Position numbers and translations under genes: made by a program
DNA from: Acidobacteriota bacterium
GTDB taxonomy: Bacteria > Acidobacteriota > DATKUA01 > JAFGBY01
Direction: 5' to 3'
Assembly (NCBI GenBank): GCA_016932915.1
Contig: JAFGBY010000106.1
Location: 1 to 57,499 of the forward strand
DNA: 57,499 bases
The notes under the pieces: generated by a model
Database searches by the model: none
The model's input: the letters and a program-made list of their open reading frames with translations, nothing else
Told to the model about the DNA's origin: nothing
Shown: piece by piece, positions 51,932-57,499 of the stretch
Layout: every line of letters starts with the position of its first letter
Numbering within the stretch: the stretch's first letter is position 1

Positions 51932-53074
51932 TTAGTTCAAATCAATTGAATGTTTTTGGGTGTTATTCACCTCATTCAGTTCATCTATTCTATGATAAAT
52001 GTCTGCTTCAGCAATAATTTCAATCAATTTTGCAGGTAGGATCTCATTTATATCCCAAGTCAGTGTTTTCTCTTCCCCACGGCTAAGCGGGCCGACTGTC
52101 TTGATGATTGGATAAAATCTGTCTAATCCAATCCGCACTTCAAATGATGAAGCAAGCCCCATTGGCGCGCCGGTATTCTTAACAGTCGCGAAGAGCTTAA
52201 ATGGTTTTTTGTAGACTGGGTATTCCGGTTCTGTCCAAATCTTAGTAATTATTAAATCAGGTTTGGTGGCGAGTTGATATGTAGTTGTTATGCCAGGCAA
52301 AGTATTAGGTCCATTAGGGATCATTTGTGGGAGAGAACTTTTTGTAACCGTTATGTACATTTTTTTCCCATTATTGTTCTCGTCGCTCTCTTTTACCTGA
52401 TTGTAAGGGTCTATGCCGGCTGTAAAGAGCAAATTCCCTTCAGTTTTAAATGTAGTTTCGAATGTATGTTTGTATGTTGCTCCCGGAGCAAGCGGTCCTG
52501 GAGTAGCATCTGCAACATCAATACTTGATCCCTGGAGAAGCACAGTTAATATCCGCCCGTTTTGAACCGGGCTGGTGGCTGTAACCGTACCAACATTGGC
52601 AAATTCGACCGTGAATTTTGCTTTAGCCCCAACGGTTAATGAAGGCGCATTATAAGTAAAGCTTTTTATTACAAGGTCCGGAGCTTTTACTTTTGTCGGG
52701 TCTGATGCCTTTACAACGTCTACATCAATATATTGTATACCCCGAGTTAACGATGTGTCTGCAGGTTCAGCGAGGAATATTATCCTGTATTTCCCAGGAG
52801 TAATCGGCGTCCACTGGAAGGAGAAGTTTTTCAAATCATTTCTTGCCCATTTTGGAATTACAGTATTGAGATATACCTTATCATCTTGTACCCCTGCAGT
52901 AACTGTAACATTTCGTACTACTTGGAGTGGACAAATCTTCATTTCTACAGTGATTGTACTTCCTGCTTCGAGAATTGTTGGATTGAATCTGATTTTCCGC
53001 ATCGAGAATGTATCCACAGAAAATGCAGATGCTGCCACTAGGCATACGATTATTGTAATTAATACTTTTTTCAT
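51932..53074 (-). CDS. Secreted protein with CARDB-like domains
   Basis: 380 aa with a signal peptide. PDLVIKSFTYNAPSLTVGAKAKFTVEFANVG...DPYNQVKESDENNN and PDLIITKIWTEP...ATVKNTG...HRIDELNEVNN. Confidence 0.7.
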   Translation of the reverse strand: MKKVLITIIVCLVAASAFSVDTFSMRKIRFNPTILEAGSTITVEMKICPLQVVRNVTVTAGVQDDKVYLNTVIPKWARNDLKNFSFQWTPITPGKYRIIFLAEPADTSLTRGIQYIDVDVVKASDPTKVKAPDLVIKSFTYNAPSLTVGAKAKFTVEFANVGTVTATSPVQNGRILTVLLQGSSIDVADATPGPLAPGATYKHTFETTFKTEGNLLFTAGIDPYNQVKESDENNNGKKMYITVTKSSLPQMIPNGPNTLPGITTTYQLATKPDLIITKIWTEPEYPVYKKPFKLFATVKNTGAPMGLASSFEVRIGLDRFYPIIKTVGPLSRGEEKTLTWDINEILPAKLIEIIAEADIYHRIDELNEVNNTQKHSIDLN

Positions 53075-53364
53075 AACACTCCTTTTATTTTTTTTATAAC
53101 ATACATCAATTTTTTTTTATTAATGTTACTCAGGCTACAGTTACTTCAAAAAGTAATATTTTTTCCGAATTATTATATGCTGTTTGAATAATCCTAAGTT
53201 TAATATTCTGGTTCTTTTTAAAGAATCGTATTGAGAGAGACATTTTTTCCCTAATTGATGTTTGATATAAAAGACTGCTGTTTTTCCTTGTTTTTCATCA
53301 GGATTGACATAGATTTAATGGTAAGAGAATGGCGATACAGTAACATTCAAAAAGTACTTAGACC

Positions 53365-56300
53365 ATGAAACGTTTTGCTTTAATATTTATAGTACTCATA
53401 GTCCAGGTCTCTTTCAACACGATTCAACTTTACAGCCTGGCTTCCGGTAAAGACCTGTCTGATTATATCCTGGAATTCTGGAAAACCGATGATGGCCTGC
53501 CGAACCTGGCGGTAAATGTGATTATTCAGAGCAGTGATGGGTTTCTCTGGTTGGGAACACAGGATGGCCTTGCCCGGTTTGACGGGGTGAGATTTACTGT
53601 TTTTAATAATTTCAATACTCCCGAAATTAAATCGAACTGGATTCAGTCAATTTATGAATCATCGGATAAAAGCATATGGATAGGTACCATGGGAGGAGGA
53701 GTAACACTTTACAATAATCAGGTATTCACTTCTCCTTGCCAGAATGATCACCTGACCAATCAGATAGTCACAGCTATTATTGAAGATAATAATCATAATA
53801 TTCTCCTGGGCACAGATGGGGGCGGTATATGCAGGTTAGAAAAGGATGGCAAAATCACTGTTTTTTCAGAAATTCACGGACTTTACAGCAACAGAATAAC
53901 CGATATAAAAAGAATGAAGGATGGCAGGATACTTATTACAAGTAAAGAGGGATTAAATATTCTGGATGGTGATGAGATATCTGAATATTTATCGATAAAA
54001 AATCTCGGTTGCGAAAATATCTATTCTGTAGTTGAAGATAAAAACGGTTTTATATGGATAGGCTCGGATAGAGGATTGAAGAAGATACATGGAACGAATG
54101 TAAACACATATTTAAAACAGCAAGGAATTCCAAGTGATGTTATATACAGGGTATTTATCGACAGCAATAATATAATCTGGATGGGTACAGATTCAGGCCT
54201 CTGTCGGTATGACAGAGTAAAATTCAGTTCGCTCACGACCGAAAAAGGTTTGACTCACAACCGTATTTTTTCTCTTTGTGAAGATCATGAAGGCAGTTTA
54301 TGGATAGGAACTCATGTTGGCGGATTAAACAGGCTAAAAGATGATAAATTTATAACGATCTCTGAAAACGATGGTTTGCCTCCTGGCAATTTGTGGACTG
54401 TTTTTGAGGATAGTAAGGAGAACATCTGGTTTGGAATGGATACCGGAGGATTGGTTCGTTACTCAAAAAACAGAATAAAACAATATACTATGAAGGAGGG
54501 TCTTTCCCTTAATTGTGTTAATGCTCTTTTTGAGGATTCAGATGGAGCAATATGGGCTGGTACAAGGGGAGGCGGGATAAATATTTTAAAGGATAGTGAG
54601 TTTACCCAATATACAACAAAGGATGGCCTTCTGTCCAATACAGTTCGGGCGATTTTTAAAGACAGCATAGGGCGAATCTGGATTGCTACCGATAATGGAT
54701 TAAATGTCCGCAACGGTTCATCTGTTATTTCTTATTCAACTGATGATGGCTTAGTCCATAATACGGTCAGGGCAATCATGGAAGATGAGTCAGGAAATTT
54801 ATGGTTTGCTACTGCCGGTGGGCTTTCAAAATTCAATGATGGCCAATTTACTAACTATACCGTTCAGGATGGTCTTCCGGATAATAAAAACACCTCGCTA
54901 TATATAGATTCTCTTGGGAATTTCTGGGTTGGGAACAGCAAAGGCCTGTGCAGGATGGTTGGAGATAAGTTTATTTATTACAGCTCCAGAATGGGCATGT
55001 TTAACGATGTTGCATGTAATATCATGGAAGACGATTATAAAAACCTCTGGATCAGCGGCCATAAAGGGATATACAGGGTCAGGATAGAAGATCTTGATGC
55101 TTTTGACAGAAAAGAAATTGATTCTGTTAATATTCTTTATCTTTATGCTCTGTGTAATGGCGGTGCGCAGCCTGCAGGTTGGAGATCAAGAGACGGAAGA
55201 ATGTGGCTTCCAACTGTTTCAGGTGCTGTAGTGATAGATCCTGAAAACATATATTTAAATCTTAAACCCCCAAACGTTGTGATTGAGAATGTACTTGTAG
55301 ATAATAACCGAATCATTAATTATAGAGATGTGGAAGATTCTTCTTACACTCTTGGCCCGGGTGTGAGAAGAATGGAGTTCTACTTCACTGCGCTTAGTTT
55401 TCTGCAGACTAACCGGGTAAAGTTTAAATATCAACTGGAGGGATTCGATTCCGAATGGATTGACTCAGGTTTGAGAAGAAATGTTTCTTATACAAATCTT
55501 TCTCCGGGAAATTATCGGTTTCATGTCATTGCATGTAATAACGATGGAGTATGGAATGAGGAGGGTTCGTATATTGAGTTTTATATCAAACCTTATTTTT
55601 ATCAGACCGCCTGGTTTTATATTCTATGCATAATGTTACTTGGGTTACTGACTTTCATTGTATTCCGTCTGAGGCTTAATAGGTTGAAAAAACGACAGAT
55701 CGAACTTGAAAATCTTGTTGAACAAAGGACTCAGGAAATTGCTGATGCTAACCATATGTTAGATATGAAGGTAAGAGAAAGAACCAAAGAACTGGAAGAA
55801 ATCAATAAACAATTAGTTTTTGCTTCAAGAGTGAAATCACAATTCCTTGCCAATATTAGTCATGAATTACGGACTCCGCTTTCCTCTATACTAGGTTATA
55901 CAGAGCTGCTCCAGCGGGAAGATATGCAGTTTGATGGTAATCAGAAATCAAGATTTCTGCGTGTGATAAATGAACAGGGTGAACATCTGCTTGAGATGGT
56001 CACCTCTCTATTGAATGTTAATGAGATGGAATCTGGAACACTCAAGCTGCATCTGACAAAGGAAAATATTAATAATCTTATTCGCCGTGTAAAAAAACAG
56101 TTCAGCAGCCAGATCCAAACACCAGATGATGAGATTATACTTGATCTTCAGAAGGGGATGCCGCTTATTAGTATTGACAAAGATAAGATAAGCCAGGTTT
56201 TGCGTTGCATTTTTGAGAATGCTATTAAATTCACACCTGATAAAAAGAAAATTGTTATAACAACAAGACTTAAAAAAGATAAAATTGCCATTTCAATTGA

Positions 56301-56973
56301 GGATAATGGAATCGGTATCCCACCGCATGAAAAAAGCTCTATTTTTACGGCTTTTTATCAAGTTGATGCTTCCAGTACAAGAGTGTATGGAGGAGCGGGG
56401 TTAGGGCTTTATCTGGCAAAGAGTTTTATCGAGCTTCATCATGGTACTATAACAGTAGAGAGTGAACTGAATAAATGGACCAGGTTTAAGTTATCTCTCC
56501 CAATTGATCTTGAAGTTGAAAAAGATAGACGTAAGAGAGAAAGTAAGAATGGTAAGATCGAGAAAGCGACAAGAAATAAAAGGATCCGTAGTAAAGAGAT
56601 TGAAAAAACTATCCTGGTCGTAGATGATAACCTTGATGTTGCTGAACTGGTACGGATTATGTTGCATGGAAATTATCGTGTTTATTCGGCAATCAGTGGT
56701 AAGGAAGGTATTGAAAAAGCGGAGAAGGTAAAACCAAATCTCATTTTCATGGACCTTGCAATGCCGGGAATGAGTGGATATGAGACCACGAAAATGATCA
56801 AGAAGAAAAAAACTACCGCGGATATACCTATTGTTGCCTTAAGTGCCAGGACGATGGAGGAGGAAGTCTCTCAGGCTCTTCAGGCCGGCTGTGTGGAACA
56901 TGTAGCCAAACCTTTTGGAGTTGAACAGATAAATGAGCTTGCAGCCCGTTATACATCCGCAATCGGAAAATAA
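53365..56973 (+). CDS. Hybrid sensor histidine kinase (Reg_prop beta-propeller repeats + Y_Y_Y, TM, HisKA, HATPase_c, receiver)
   Basis: 1202 aa. Many repeats of the type IWIGTxxGL...; TM AWFYILCIMLLGLLTFIVF; H-box FLANISHELRTPL; G-boxes DNGIGIP and GGAGLGLYLAK; receiver ILVVDDN...LIFMDLAMPGMSG...VAKPF. Confidence 0.92.
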   Translation: MKRFALIFIVLIVQVSFNTIQLYSLASGKDLSDYILEFWKTDDGLPNLAVNVIIQSSDGFLWLGTQDGLARFDGVRFTVFNNFNTPEIKSNWIQSIYESSDKSIWIGTMGGGVTLYNNQVFTSPCQNDHLTNQIVTAIIEDNNHNILLGTDGGGICRLEKDGKITVFSEIHGLYSNRITDIKRMKDGRILITSKEGLNILDGDEISEYLSIKNLGCENIYSVVEDKNGFIWIGSDRGLKKIHGTNVNTYLKQQGIPSDVIYRVFIDSNNIIWMGTDSGLCRYDRVKFSSLTTEKGLTHNRIFSLCEDHEGSLWIGTHVGGLNRLKDDKFITISENDGLPPGNLWTVFEDSKENIWFGMDTGGLVRYSKNRIKQYTMKEGLSLNCVNALFEDSDGAIWAGTRGGGINILKDSEFTQYTTKDGLLSNTVRAIFKDSIGRIWIATDNGLNVRNGSSVISYSTDDGLVHNTVRAIMEDESGNLWFATAGGLSKFNDGQFTNYTVQDGLPDNKNTSLYIDSLGNFWVGNSKGLCRMVGDKFIYYSSRMGMFNDVACNIMEDDYKNLWISGHKGIYRVRIEDLDAFDRKEIDSVNILYLYALCNGGAQPAGWRSRDGRMWLPTVSGAVVIDPENIYLNLKPPNVVIENVLVDNNRIINYRDVEDSSYTLGPGVRRMEFYFTALSFLQTNRVKFKYQLEGFDSEWIDSGLRRNVSYTNLSPGNYRFHVIACNNDGVWNEEGSYIEFYIKPYFYQTAWFYILCIMLLGLLTFIVFRLRLNRLKKRQIELENLVEQRTQEIADANHMLDMKVRERTKELEEINKQLVFASRVKSQFLANISHELRTPLSSILGYTELLQREDMQFDGNQKSRFLRVINEQGEHLLEMVTSLLNVNEMESGTLKLHLTKENINNLIRRVKKQFSSQIQTPDDEIILDLQKGMPLISIDKDKISQVLRCIFENAIKFTPDKKKIVITTRLKKDKIAISIEDNGIGIPPHEKSSIFTAFYQVDASSTRVYGGAGLGLYLAKSFIELHHGTITVESELNKWTRFKLSLPIDLEVEKDRRKRESKNGKIEKATRNKRIRSKEIEKTILVVDDNLDVAELVRIMLHGNYRVYSAISGKEGIEKAEKVKPNLIFMDLAMPGMSGYETTKMIKKKKTTADIPIVALSARTMEEEVSQALQAGCVEHVAKPFGVEQINELAARYTSAIGK

Positions 56974-57006
56974 TTTCTAATCATTTGCTTTTCAGTTTTC
57001 AGTCAA

Positions 57007-57499
57007 CTAATCTGAGATACGCCATACGTGTACCAATGGTTTATCCGAATCTGCTAGATACTCAAGTATGTATAGAAGTGAGTTGTCTCTATCGAATGCG
57101 ATAGCTGCTGTATGGGATTTCTGTTGAGTTGAAGTAACATTATAAAAATATGAATCAATATCCATGCTTGTATACGGCTGAGGTTCATATGGCTGGGCTG
57201 AGCCTTGCGCGACTGCCTGGAGATCCGCCGGATTATAAAAAATAATCCGCCCGACGAAAGTGCTTGACCACCAGCCTCGGTGATCACATTCGAGGCATGG
57301 CCCGTTTTCGTTTCCGTACCAGCAATCACCTTCCCCTTTAGTACCTACAAAAATGACAGCAGCGCTCGTTGCTGTGGTCAGCCATTCCGCGCCAGACCAT
57401 TCATCCGATTGATGATAATTATTCATCTGGAAACCATCTTCGGATTCCATTGATGAGGTATAGAGGAGCAATGCTGTATTATTGATTCCTGTGCCATTC
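57007..57499 (-). CDS. Hypothetical protein (partial, 5' end beyond window end)
   Basis: The frame of track ORF 57007..57471 stays open upstream to the window edge (my translation: NGTGINNTA before the TTG). No domain recognised. Confidence 0.45.
   Translation of the reverse strand, partial: NGTGINNTALLLYTSSMESEDGFQMNNYHQSDEWSGAEWLTTATSAAVIFVGTKGEGDCWYGNENGPCLECDHRGWWSSTFVGRIIFYNPADLQAVAQGSAQPYEPQPYTSMDIDSYFYNVTSTQQKSHTAAIAFDRDNSLLYILEYLADSDKPLVHVWRISD

Noticed and set aside
1-57499. Search for tRNA, rRNA, tmRNA, RNase P RNA, riboswitches (SAM upstream of the lyase, B12 upstream of the B12-radical SAM enzyme), prophage genes or transposase/IS elements.
   Set aside because: By eye I found no T-loop/GTTCGAATC-type tRNA signatures, no rRNA-like stretches, no conserved riboswitch cores, and no integrase, transposase or phage structural genes. 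Covariance-model scans (tRNAscan-SE, Infernal/Rfam) are needed to be sure.

Overview
57,499-nt window that looks like chromosomal DNA from an uncultivated, moderately AT-rich diderm bacterium. The phylum cannot be fixed from sequence alone. The Reg_prop/Y_Y_Y hybrid kinase, CARDB/PD40/NHL surface proteins and ECF modules fit FCB-type candidate phyla, but TTGACA/TATAAT-like promoters are also present. I recognise about 54 protein genes. I found no rRNA, tRNA, CRISPR array, transposase, integrase or phage genes.

Layout:
- 1-6.1 kb: envelope and accessory genes (partial response regulator, PKD+GH114-like lipoprotein convergent with an MBOAT acyltransferase, orphan patatin-like phospholipase, secreted MBL hydrolase).
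- 6.6-16.4 kb: core block ffh-rpsP-KH-rimM-trmD-rplS-rnhB, a 1108-aa acidic TPR protein, gltX and a SpoU/TrmH methyltransferase.
- 16.4-20.1 kb: acidic ORF, Trm112-like, heptose-7-P kinase, a barrel-less secretin N0/N1-like protein and a B12-binding radical SAM enzyme.
- 20.6-22.9 kb: methionine-gamma-lyase-family enzyme, radical SAM enzyme, and a 66-aa free-standing copy of that enzyme's C-terminal domain.
- 23.0-34.1 kb: one-strand accessory island (ECF sigma, zf-HC2 anti-sigma, double STN-like protein, internally duplicated secreted protein, 2 PD40 paralogues, 3 CARDB paralogues, NHL propeller, Cys-rich secreted miniprotein).
- 34.2-35.4 kb: PerR-like regulator and peroxiredoxin, with a perfect 7-1-7 box upstream.
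- 35.6-43.1 kb: TPR protein, two paralogous secreted proteins, a second ECF sigma, an anti-sigma fused to a TonB C-terminal domain, and a VIT-vWA protein.
- 43.2-46.2 kb: Tat-DUF362 operon.
- 46.3-51.8 kb: small membrane protein, MazG-like protein, ppdK, recO, Mut7-C protein and a PflX-like radical SAM enzyme.
- 51.9-57.5 kb: a fourth CARDB protein, a 1202-aa hybrid sensor kinase and a partial ORF.

The strongest non-genic signal is several families of short GC-rich hairpin repeats clustered in long gene-free spacers. Identical or near-identical copies bracket two small gene modules.

No known defence, CRISPR or mobile system is evident. The best candidates for undescribed biology are:
- the C-S lyase / radical SAM / Pro-Cys miniprotein module;
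- the two ECF modules with unusual periplasmic partners (barrel-less STN protein; anti-sigma-TonB_C fusion);
- the hairpin-bracketed NHL + Cys-rich peptide cassette;
- the hairpin repeat families themselves.

All domain calls are by-eye motif recognition and need HMM or structure confirmation.
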